Position numbers and translations under genes: made by a program. From Candidatus Latescibacterota bacterium (lineage in GTDB: Bacteria; Latescibacterota; CBDEFO01), in NCBI GenBank assembly GCA_965248755.1, contig OZ252149.1:4128001-4192000 (forward strand): a stretch of DNA of 64,000 nucleotides. Reading direction: 5' to 3'. Positions 30,901 to 38,905 of this stretch are shown here, piece by piece. Within the stretch, counting starts at the first letter, position 1; every line of letters begins with the position of its first letter. The notes beneath the pieces are model-generated. The model saw only the letters and a program-made list of their open reading frames with translations. It did not search any database and had not been told where the DNA came from.

Positions 30901-31692
30901 TCCTTTGATGCCTCTTTGATACTCAGGTTCGTCGTCGGGATAATAACTGAGTTTCCCGCCGAAACGGGAGGCATCTCTAAGTCTATACTTGCCGAAAGGA
31001 TTATCAGTTTAGGTGATGTAGAGGCGTTGCCTGATGGACGCTTTGCCGTCGCTGTTCTCATAGACGAAATGGACGGTGTATTATCAGGTCAACTTGAACT
31101 ATCCTTCGATTCCACCAAGCTCAAAGTTTCAGAGGCTATGACATCAGACCTGACATCTGATTATCTTTTCGCCAACAATGCTCAAGATGGCAGGCTAAGG
31201 CTATCGTTTGCCGGGGTAGAATCAGTTGAAGGCAGCGGTAGGATTGCAGAGATTATGTTTGAGTCTATCGGTTCGCAGATTGAGGCTATTGGTGAAATTG
31301 ATCCCGTATTGAATCTATCGGGGATTGCTCTAACCTCTGCTCAATTGAACGAGGGCTTCTTCAGTGTGGTTATTCTCCAATCTGAAGAAGTTTCCGATGT
31401 TCCTGACAGCTATTCATTGCATCAGAACTTCCCCAATCCGTTTAACCCAGAGACGGTGATCCATTACGATCTTCCTGTCCAAAGCCACGTTGAGCTATCT
31501 GTCTATAATATGATAGGACAGAAGGTTGCAACATTGGTAAATGAGCAGATAGACGCAGGAAGCCACTCTGTATTCTGGGATGGCAAAGATGATAGTGGAG
31601 AGAGCCTTGCCAGCGGGCTCTATCTGTATCGCTTGAAAATGGATGGATCGGAAGAATTTGTGAAGATAAGGAAGTTGGTATTGGTGAGATAG
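27943..31692 (+). CDS. Large secreted modular protein: five EYFxDxDPG Ig-like repeats, cadherin-like and IPT/TIG domains, propeller-like region, cohesin-dockerin-cohesin, FlgD/T9SS-type CTD
   Basis: ~76-aa repeats; GDVTGN..TAFDA and ADVSGDG..SSFDA dockerin; QNFPNPFNP..WDGKD..SGLYLYRL. Confidence 0.85.
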   Translation: MDKFRLKLMLAAVILLLCQGHLHAQTPDLVAAEYFIDVDPGHGLGTAISVSSPDTSVTFSISTTGLSTGLHTLHVRFKDANNNWSMTEARPFYIYEAPAVQVASIEAVEYFLDDDPGHGQGSGFTVGVGDTVDITEQISAAGLATGLHTLHVRARSQDGRWSMTESRPFYIYEDPTVQVASIEAVEYFLDDDPGHGQGSGFTVSVGDTVDITEQISTASLGSGLHTLHVRARSQDGMWSVTESRPFYIYAEAGVQVASMEVVEYFIDDDPGHGLASGFTVDVGDTVDIMEQISAAGLGTGLHTLHVRGRNQDGIWSVTEARPFYIYSPLDVTAPSPLVRLEYFFNTDPGLGAGVEIPISQAESVNVGVGLPTAGLPLDSHTVTVRSQNAAGTWSQRETRSFSIAAGSNDTPVVKNTIPDQNIDLDAGDPPFARDLVSPDSVFTDSNGDVLVYQASSSDSSVVVPGISGSILTVTALSAGSDTITVEANDGNGGTAQTAFTLTVTGTIAYPVVTSINPTSGSESGGTHVTIRGSNFRSGVTVTFGDSTATGVVVVSPDTITAITPAHAVGTLDLIITNPSGLADTLFDGFEFVHSLYISDLSGINGLASDGMDFWVTGNLSASSTQKLYKVRASDRELVTSVNIPYSVGVEQLSGVAHYSGYIYVRIHPSGLIYQYDPSTGTVDATSYTTRTWSNDMAFLGSELWQTRDNSIGGEFEVYDQSGHEFLGEIVRRKSIASDSTYLYIGDYGNRRLWKTTGDGTVVSVDTVVSPSGSLPQFLTYHNGGLWTNSSGPSIVELTFDLVSVSLPDTSVFIDHTIVSVPVVIEEDVTGLGVISAQMNISYDSNVIETIDVTSEGTLTQGWTTAGTVATGIGTSVDTVRIAMATARGNALSGSGNLVLIKFALSDSAVISDSTALVFEEFFFNEGDPPAITQDGSVRIIERLLGDVTGNRQVTAFDAALVLEHTVGLFVISDTLIADVSGDGTISSFDASLILRFVVGIITEFPAETGGISKSILAERIISLGDVEALPDGRFAVAVLIDEMDGVLSGQLELSFDSTKLKVSEAMTSDLTSDYLFANNAQDGRLRLSFAGVESVEGSGRIAEIMFESIGSQIEAIGEIDPVLNLSGIALTSAQLNEGFFSVVILQSEEVSDVPDSYSLHQNFPNPFNPETVIHYDLPVQSHVELSVYNMIGQKVATLVNEQIDAGSHSVFWDGKDDSGESLASGLYLYRLKMDGSEEFVKIRKLVLVR

Positions 31693-31792
31693 ACTTTGCC
31701 ACTATCTGTAGTGTCAGATCAGCGTGTCTGCCCTGATAATGCAGCAGAATCGGGCGAACACATCGGTTCGCCGTACTTTCATTAGATTAGAA

Positions 31793-31830
31793 AAAAGCCG
31801 ACGCTCAGTTCTGAATGGGTTCGGCTTTCT
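31793..31830 (+). terminator. Intrinsic terminator
   Basis: aaagccga..tcggcttt hairpin with T-rich tail. Confidence 0.6.
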
Positions 31831-31871
31831 TATTCTTGCCATGAAGTTTGAGATTCTCCCCACAATTCCTG

Positions 31872-31900
31872 TTGACAGTTAGCAGTTTCATCTGTATATT
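31872..31900 (+). promoter_or_regulatory. sigma70-like promoter
   Basis: TTGACA-17-TATATT. Confidence 0.65.
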
Positions 31901-31955
31901 CCCTCACAAAAGTTGCAAGCCAGGGAATATTTCACTGACGAAGGGAGGACCAACT

Positions 31956-32720
31956 ATGAGGTTAGAGCATAAGATTGCGCTGATTACGGGTGCCGGTTCG
32001 GGCATTGGCCGAGCGACAGCACTACTCTTTGCAGAAGAAGGAGCCAGAGTCGCCATGGCGGACATAGATACCGACGGCGGCCAGGAAACAGCGGAAAAGA
32101 TTCATCAGGCCGGGGGGCAGGCGCTGTTTTGCCGCTGTGACGTCTCGAAAGAAAAGGAAGTAGAGGAGATGATCAAGACGGTTGTCTCAGAATACGGAGG
32201 CTTGGACATCTTGGTAAACAACGCGGCTGCTTTCGTATTTGGGACGGTGGAAGAGGCAACAGAGGAGGATTGGGATAGGGTTTTGGGCGTCAACGTGAAG
32301 GGATACGCCTTCTGCACAAAATACGCCGCACCTGTCATGCGAGAGCGCGGCGGCGGAGCAATTGTGAATCTGGGGTCTATGAGTTCGTTTATCGCACAGC
32401 CCGCTTTTGTCCCTTATAATAGCAGCAAAGGCGCGGTGCTTCAATTGACCCGCTGTCTGGCTTACGATCTTGCAAAAGATAACATACGGGTCAATTGCGT
32501 CTGTCCCGGTGCTATAGATACCCCCGCTACCTTGCGGCACGCACAATTCACCGGGATGACCAAAGAGGAGCTGGTGGAGGAATTAAAGCCCATGCAGTTC
32601 ATCAAGCGGATGGGAGATCCCAAGGAGATAGCCTACACTGTCCTCTTTTTTGCCTCAGATGAGGCATCCTTCATCACAGCTGCAACTCTGCTCGCTGACG
32701 GCGGTTACACAGCGCATTAG
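31956..32720 (+). CDS. SDR family oxidoreductase
   Basis: [37 protein letters not shown]. Confidence 0.92.
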   Translation: MRLEHKIALITGAGSGIGRATALLFAEEGARVAMADIDTDGGQETAEKIHQAGGQALFCRCDVSKEKEVEEMIKTVVSEYGGLDILVNNAAAFVFGTVEEATEEDWDRVLGVNVKGYAFCTKYAAPVMRERGGGAIVNLGSMSSFIAQPAFVPYNSSKGAVLQLTRCLAYDLAKDNIRVNCVCPGAIDTPATLRHAQFTGMTKEELVEELKPMQFIKRMGDPKEIAYTVLFFASDEASFITAATLLADGGYTAH

Positions 32721-32793
32721 AGAATTGAGGTTTTAACGTTCACTTTGGCTATATGCAGTGGTCAGTAGCTAGGCGGAATAGAAAGGGAGAACT

Positions 32794-33699
32794 ATGGCTC
32801 AATTGGATCTTATTAGCAGCGGATACCGAGTAGGAGAAGCCCCACTTTGGGATCCTGAAAATAATTGTCTATACTGGTCTGACCATGCAGAGCGAAGGGT
32901 CCACAGATATAGTGCTGATACGGGGGAAATTGAGCTCCTTATAGAAGATGCCCACGTGGGAGGGATGGCGCTGAACCAGCCCGGAGGGCTGGTTCTGGCA
33001 GGGTCCGATGGACTCCATTTGTGGAAGGATCGGGACAACTACATTACCGTCGCCTCTGAGTTTGAGGGCAGAAAGTTGCAGTTCAACGATATGACCGCCG
33101 ATCCCCAAGGACGTGTCTTTGTAGGCTCGATGTTTGTGGGGGAGGATAAGGTGGAGCAGGAAGGGTTACTATACCGCTTTGACAACGATTGCTCCATTTC
33201 GGTTGTTCAGGGAGACATCCAACTTTCCAACGGATTGGGGTTCAACCCTCAGGATACGATCATGTACCACTCCGATTCAGCGGCTCGTAAGATATTCTGT
33301 TATGACTACAATATCGAGTCTGGTGCTGTCGCCAATCGTCAGGTCTATATTGATTTTTCCCAAGAGCCTGGAATGCCGGATGGAATCGCTGTAGATGCAG
33401 AAGGAGGTGTTTGGGTGGCTATGTGGTACGGAAGCTGTGTGATTCGCTACGACGCTGGTGGAGTCGAGGAGCGTCGCGTAGAAGTCCCCGACGTTCAGAC
33501 TTCTTCCGTCTGCTTCGGCGGTGAGGATCTAACAGATCTCTATATCACCGCGGCGTCTGAACCTTTTACCTCTTTCTTACAGCCCCCTGGTTTCGATCCT
33601 GAAGACCCGAATTTACGGGGTGGACTCTACCTTTACAGATCGGACATCCCCGGTCTGGAGGTTCCCACCGCCGACCTGACAGAGCTGAAGTGCAGCTAA
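32794..33699 (+). CDS. SMP-30/gluconolactonase family protein
   Basis: GEAPLW, FNDMTADPQGR, SNGLGF, PDGIAVD, FGG. Confidence 0.9.
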   Translation: MAQLDLISSGYRVGEAPLWDPENNCLYWSDHAERRVHRYSADTGEIELLIEDAHVGGMALNQPGGLVLAGSDGLHLWKDRDNYITVASEFEGRKLQFNDMTADPQGRVFVGSMFVGEDKVEQEGLLYRFDNDCSISVVQGDIQLSNGLGFNPQDTIMYHSDSAARKIFCYDYNIESGAVANRQVYIDFSQEPGMPDGIAVDAEGGVWVAMWYGSCVIRYDAGGVEERRVEVPDVQTSSVCFGGEDLTDLYITAASEPFTSFLQPPGFDPEDPNLRGGLYLYRSDIPGLEVPTADLTELKCS

Positions 33700-33723
33700 T
33701 AGAACCATATCTACATTAAATCG

Positions 33724-35535
33724 TTACCTTTGAATAGTCAGATTATCGCTGATCCACCGAAGATTATTCAAGGCTCCGGGATGTCCGGGTTCGATCTTTA
33801 GAACCTCTTTATACTGCTCGAAGGCCTCGGCGTATCTCTTATTTACGGTAAGTATATAGCCCAGAATCATGCGGGGGCGTGTGTGCTCTGGATGTTCGGC
33901 GATACATCTTTTTACCTCCTGCACGATGTCCGAAAGGTGAACCTCCATATCCTCGGGCCTGTTCGCATAGACTCTGCTCCCGAGCGGATTTACGTATTTG
34001 AATTGGTAGGTATCTATTAATGAAGAGTAATCTTCCTCATTTCTTATATAGATTAGGGCAATGTCGTCCCAATATAAGAGCCTCCAATCGTCGCTTTCGG
34101 CGAGGAAGTCGTGGATAAAGTTTATGTCTCTTTGTCTGTCCTTTTCCGATGGATAGTTGAGAATAAAAAGGGCGATGTCGTAACTGGAAATAAGGCTCTC
34201 GAAGCCTTCGCCTCTTCCCAAGATAGTGCCGTAGTCGGACACGAGGATGTCTTCGTAGAGGAAGGTCCTCCCTCTCCCATCTATGAAGACCCTGTAGTGG
34301 GGAAATAACTCCCACATTATGTATCCCCCGAAAGTGTATTCGTTAAAAATGTTTCCCTTGATAGGATGGTCTCTCAAGAACTCTACTGCTCCCTCAGGGT
34401 ACAAAGATCTTTTGGGTCCGAAGTATAGATCGGGGATCCTGTTATATCCGTACGAAAAGAGGACTATGAACAACATAGGATAGAGTAGATAGTCCGTGCG
34501 GAGGATCTTATCTTTGATGATGTGTCGAAGTGCAAAAGATAGGACTGCAACAGCGGCAAAGGAGAATATGACTCTGTGTCGGTGAGCTAAAAAGGGGAGA
34601 TAAGCCAAGATACAAAAGAGTAGATAGCGAGATAGATCAAAATTTCTTACATCTATAAGGAGCAGAAGAGCGCCTGCGATAAGGAGCACAAAAAAGTAGG
34701 GGATATAGGTCTCATAGAGGATCTGATGAATGGGCATCCATTCGTTCAACGTAGCCTCTGTGAACTCGTCCGCCGTGAATCTGAATGCGTGGAGGATAGA
34801 TAGATAGGAGTTAGGACCCACAAGCGAGGCTATGACCAGTAACAGGGCAATTATTAGGAGTCTGTTTTTTAGCACGACTCTGAGCGATAAAGCTCCTTTC
34901 TTGTGTCGAAGTGATTCAATGAATTCTCCGACTGCGAAGATCCCAGTTACACCTATTCCGAGTATGTGGCCACCGTGCAGGTTAGCCCATAAAATCTGGA
35001 GTAGAGGGAGATAATTGAGGCTATCTTTTCCCCTGTATTTGTAGCGAAAGATTATAAAAAGATAGCAGGAAAAGAGTAGATATGAAAATATCTGAGGTCT
35101 GACTACGAAGCGATTTTCGCTGATTAGGAGGGCAAGAAGCAGAAGGATTATGCATAGAGGTCTGTGGAGATTCGAGATTTCACACGTTTTCAAGAGGAAG
35201 TGGAATGTAAAGGTTACAATGATCACCTTTGCTATTATAAGTCCATCGATAGACAAGGCAGCGTAGATTATGTAGAATATGCATTGAGCCAGCCATTCGT
35301 GCGTGATCCAGGGCTTACCATAGGCTGTGTACGAGAATACGTCTGTTGAGGGGATAGTCCAGTTCTGTATGATATATTTTCCGGTCGAAAGGTGCCACCA
35401 TATATCATCCGAACGTATTGGAGTAAGGGAGTATAGGATAACGACGAGGAAAAAGCAGACTACAAGAGGGAGGGTAAGTCTGTCTCTTATTATGGAGTTT
35501 TCTTCAAGGGAGGAGATTATATCGGGCTTTTCCAT
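33724..35535 (-). CDS. Polytopic membrane protein (GT-C-like) with C-terminal TPR
   Basis: DIWWHL..G..D.FSYT..PWITHEWL, WANLHGG, FIDGR; many TMs; terminal TPR. Confidence 0.75.
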   Translation of the reverse strand: MEKPDIISSLEENSIIRDRLTLPLVVCFFLVVILYSLTPIRSDDIWWHLSTGKYIIQNWTIPSTDVFSYTAYGKPWITHEWLAQCIFYIIYAALSIDGLIIAKVIIVTFTFHFLLKTCEISNLHRPLCIILLLLALLISENRFVVRPQIFSYLLFSCYLFIIFRYKYRGKDSLNYLPLLQILWANLHGGHILGIGVTGIFAVGEFIESLRHKKGALSLRVVLKNRLLIIALLLVIASLVGPNSYLSILHAFRFTADEFTEATLNEWMPIHQILYETYIPYFFVLLIAGALLLLIDVRNFDLSRYLLFCILAYLPFLAHRHRVIFSFAAVAVLSFALRHIIKDKILRTDYLLYPMLFIVLFSYGYNRIPDLYFGPKRSLYPEGAVEFLRDHPIKGNIFNEYTFGGYIMWELFPHYRVFIDGRGRTFLYEDILVSDYGTILGRGEGFESLISSYDIALFILNYPSEKDRQRDINFIHDFLAESDDWRLLYWDDIALIYIRNEEDYSSLIDTYQFKYVNPLGSRVYANRPEDMEVHLSDIVQEVKRCIAEHPEHTRPRMILGYILTVNKRYAEAFEQYKEVLKIEPGHPGALNNLRWISDNLTIQR

Positions 35536-35538
35536 ACA

Positions 35539-36741
35539 TCAAGAGGGTTTTCTGGTGATATAAGCGCAGATTTCCCTGTAGGTTTCTTGAAGTTCCCTAC
35601 TGCGAGAATCTATCTTTGCAAGGGACGAAATACCGTGTCTGTTCTTCAGGTGGAGGCCGGCTCTTATAAGTCCGTTGTAAGGGTTTAATATGAGTTCGTA
35701 GAGTACCTGAGCAAACTGGTTGTCTACGTGGTTTATGGGGATCTTAACTTTTCCCATTATGTAGCTTAATAGTTGAACGTTTTCCGCTCCCGCCAGAAGG
35801 TAGGCAATCGCTTCGACTCCCGTATAGATGCCTCCCGTGCCGCTTATGGGTATATCGAGTCCCTCACGTCTTACTCTTCTTATCTGTTTGAGGTTGGTCT
35901 TGAGAAGGGCTCGCCCGCCGTGTCCAGATTTGAATTTCCTGTTGAACATCCTGTTGGCAACCACCACTCCGTCGGAGCTGCCTTCGAAGGAGGCCTCCAC
36001 CATCTGGAATTGATAGTTCAAACCCCATCGCATGTTCATTATCTTGGGATAGATTACTATATCGTCTCTGGCTCTCCTCATAATTTTGGGAGCGGTCCTG
36101 TACCATTCCAGTACTATGTCCCTGTCTTTCGCCTTTTCGAGGACGCTGGGCGTGGGGGAAAAAGCTATCTCAAAGATCTTGTATCCTACATCGCTTAAGA
36201 CTTTCGTGGTGTAGAGCCATTCCTCCTCCATCCACTTTTCGTCTTTTGTTCCCGGCAGATGGCAAATTATCGAGGCTATCCTTACGGTGCGGCATCTTCT
36301 GCGCGATTTATATGTCCTGACAGCAAATGGAAGATAGTCCTCCAGGTTTCTGGTGTCGCCTTTCCCGTTCCAGTGGACTATGGGTCTTGAGCCGTCCACT
36401 CTGTAGCCAGGCTCGTAGTAAGTGCGCGTGTAGTTCCCCTCTGTTCTCCAGAAGTCCATAGAGCAACTGCCGTTTGGCGCCTCTCCCACGAAGGATTTGA
36501 GGACGAGTCCGCCGTAACCCGCTCTATCTTCCGAGTCTATCTGGTTGTCGTGCATGCTCATCTGTCCGGGAGCCACGATTATGGGATTGGGCAATTCCCT
36601 GTGATGGTACTTCGCCCGGATGTCAATCCCAAATATATCCACGATCCTCTCCGTGAGGTCCTTTGGGAGGTGATGCTTGCTGTAGTATTCGTAGAGCCTC
36701 GTAAGCTCCCTGAGTTCTTTGGTCTCCGCTTCTAACCACAT
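35539..36741 (-). CDS. Dihydroorotate-dehydrogenase-like FMN TIM-barrel protein
   Basis: PNPIIVAPG, VLKS, YPK, VVAN, ISGTGGI, LLAGAENVQL. Confidence 0.65.
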   Translation of the reverse strand: MWLEAETKELRELTRLYEYYSKHHLPKDLTERIVDIFGIDIRAKYHHRELPNPIIVAPGQMSMHDNQIDSEDRAGYGGLVLKSFVGEAPNGSCSMDFWRTEGNYTRTYYEPGYRVDGSRPIVHWNGKGDTRNLEDYLPFAVRTYKSRRRCRTVRIASIICHLPGTKDEKWMEEEWLYTTKVLSDVGYKIFEIAFSPTPSVLEKAKDRDIVLEWYRTAPKIMRRARDDIVIYPKIMNMRWGLNYQFQMVEASFEGSSDGVVVANRMFNRKFKSGHGGRALLKTNLKQIRRVRREGLDIPISGTGGIYTGVEAIAYLLAGAENVQLLSYIMGKVKIPINHVDNQFAQVLYELILNPYNGLIRAGLHLKNRHGISSLAKIDSRSRELQETYREICAYITRKPS

Positions 36742-36750
36742 ATACTGTTC

Positions 36751-36795
36751 CTAGGGGTTGAACGGATTAGGATAGTTCTGGGAGAGGGCGTAGGT
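36751..36795 (-). pseudogene. Orphan fragment of a T9SS/FlgD-type C-terminal domain
   Basis: TYALSQNYPNPFNP followed directly by TAG. Confidence 0.65.
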
Positions 36796-36973
36796 TTTGA
36801 ATCTGGCTCGCTTCCGATAGGACGGCGGTCGAGGACGGATCGCACGGAGTGCGAAGAACAGATCGACGCAGTATTTCATATTCAATTCCTTCTCAGATAT
36901 TCGCACAGTTCCTGGATTGCCTTCCCGTAATCGACTCAAGGGCCGAGAACGTGTGCCGGCATGAGATCATGTG

Positions 36974-37858
36974 TTACTCAGGCAAAAGGCCTGAACCCCT
37001 ATACTCCGTGGGTTTTCCTTCCAGGAGCGTTTTCAACTGCTCCTCATACCTATTCACAAAACCTGATGTTTGGAGGAGATTGAGACAGTCTTTTGAGTAC
37101 TCTTTAAGGTCCGTTACTCGGTCTTGCATGTCGTCTGGCATATTGCTCAGATTGGACAGAATATTGACTATCTGATCAAGAAAAGAAACGTGCTGTCTGC
37201 GTTCCATCCCTGTCTGATTTCGATCAGCTTGCTCTAGCATGTCTCGCAGATTCTTGAGCGAATCCCGTGTAAACGCGATGGTGGTTTCGTCACTCCCTGT
37301 TGTTAACAACCCAACATTGTTATAGATGACTTTGAGGTTACCCTCCATAGCTGAAGACGTCGAACTGCTCTCGATGAATTTCGCAATTTCTCTGGCTTTT
37401 CCCTCCACCATTCTGAGATGTCTGTGGGATCGAGAAAGGAGATAGACACCCGATGATAAAAGGGCTACGGCAAAGACCTGAAAAAGGAATGAAATCGTGC
37501 TTGAATCGAGGGTTCCTTTGACTCTTGTCTTTAGCTGCTCTAAGAAAGCCTTAAACTGTGAGGCAGTTTCTTTTTTCTCGGTTTTGGAGATCATGTCCAA
37601 GTAATCAGATATGTTGCCAAGCATCTCCACTATCCTCTGGTTTGTTTCCTGAAGATCCCAATAAGCAGCCACAACAGTGATAGAAACCACCAACAACACT
37701 ACGATAAACATAGATATCATTAGGAAGCTACCAAGCCTGTCTATAAGTTCGACTATGTCACCTATAATGTTACTGACTGCGGCCACAGCCGAACCGATAG
37801 CCCCTATGATCGCACTGAAGTTACGTATAAATCGTCTGAACTTGTTCATCAGCCACAC
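36974..37858 (-). CDS. Hypothetical membrane protein with helical/coiled regions
   Basis: 294 aa, about 3 hydrophobic segments; start overlaps the end of the receiver pseudogene. Confidence 0.7.
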   Translation of the reverse strand: MWLMNKFRRFIRNFSAIIGAIGSAVAAVSNIIGDIVELIDRLGSFLMISMFIVVLLVVSITVVAAYWDLQETNQRIVEMLGNISDYLDMISKTEKKETASQFKAFLEQLKTRVKGTLDSSTISFLFQVFAVALLSSGVYLLSRSHRHLRMVEGKAREIAKFIESSSTSSAMEGNLKVIYNNVGLLTTGSDETTIAFTRDSLKNLRDMLEQADRNQTGMERRQHVSFLDQIVNILSNLSNMPDDMQDRVTDLKEYSKDCLNLLQTSGFVNRYEEQLKTLLEGKPTEYRGSGLLPE

Positions 37859-38284
37859 CTTTCCACCATTCGAGCTATGGTCACAACGAGCTTAAGAAGC
37901 TGTTTTGTGGGGTTTGTCGTACCTCTCTTCGGGACCAGGTGGATTCCGTCCAGTTGTTCTACCGACACGTTTTCCTTTAGCTCTTCCATATAGTCCGTAT
38001 AGATTATGGTCCGCTTTCTCATCTCCGGGTTGTCTTTATAACATACTCGCGGAGCCATATCCAACCAGTTAAGAGACCATCGTGTGTGTCCTTCACCTCT
38101 TCAGGATTCAGTCCACACGGGGCCATATTCAGGTCTACAATGAGGCAATCGATCTCCTCCTCTTTCCAAAGCTCCTGGGCGTCATTGAATTAAAGCTGCT
38201 GAGAATGTTGTGTCCTTGTTCTGCTAGGGCCTTCTCCATATAGTATGAGACAGAGCCCCGGTCTTCTAATACGAGTATGTTCAT
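37849..38284 (-). pseudogene. Frameshifted paralog of the single-domain response regulator
   Basis: High DNA similarity to 38471..38905; two 1-nt deletions (near 38188 and 38040). Confidence 0.85.
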
Positions 38285-38395
38285 TCCTGTCTCTCCTTGC
38301 TGACGTTGTGACTTTGAAAGTCATTTTCCAGTTGGGTTGCTGATCCGATATGCCATTCGCGCGAGGGTGGATTGGAGTATCTCAATCCTAGAGCC
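38281..38395 (-). pseudogene. Decayed C-terminus of a paralogous histidine kinase
   Basis: LRYSNP..RISNPT/WKMTFKVT/SKERQE* versus intact MRSYNPTP..SIPTYRVTFEVTIPSKEGQE*, with the same ATGA overlap. Confidence 0.65.
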
Positions 38396-38470
38396 GATGA
38401 AGAGCAACCAGAGAACTGTATTGCAGCAGATGCTTCAACGCCTGCTTGCTTTAGCTGTCAGCTTTACCTG

Positions 38471-38905
38471 TCAGTCTCTTCTGCCCATGAGATCGATTTC
38501 TTCTACACGCTTAAGAATCTGTTTTGCGGGTCTTGTGGAGCCTCTCTTCGGGACCAGGTGGATTCCGTCCAGTTGTTCTTCCGACACGTTGTCCACTAGC
38601 GCGTCCATATAGTCCGTATAGATTATGGTCCGCTTTCTCATCTCCGGGTTGTTTTTATAAACATACTCGCGGAGCCATATCCAACCGGTCAAGAGACCAT
38701 CGTGTGTGTCCTTCACCTCTTCAGGATTCAGTCCATTCGGGGCCATATTCAGGTCTACAATGAGACAGTCGATCTTCCCCAGCTCCCAATTGGATCGAGC
38801 GTCATTGACATTGAAGCTGCTGAGAATCTTGTGTCCTGGTTCTTGTAGGGCCTTCTCCATATAGTGTGAGACGGAGCCTCGGTCTTCTAATACCAATATG
38901 TTCAT
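38471..38905 (-). CDS. Single-domain response regulator (REC)
   Basis: ILVLED, DCLIVDLNM (phospho-Asp), IIYT, VPK. Confidence 0.85.
   Translation of the reverse strand: MNILVLEDRGSVSHYMEKALQEPGHKILSSFNVNDARSNWELGKIDCLIVDLNMAPNGLNPEEVKDTHDGLLTGWIWLREYVYKNNPEMRKRTIIYTDYMDALVDNVSEEQLDGIHLVPKRGSTRPAKQILKRVEEIDLMGRRD

Noticed and set aside
37849..38905. Template/variable repeat pair of a diversity-generating retroelement
   Set aside because: Differences are not adenine-specific, many are synonymous or indels, and no reverse transcriptase gene is present
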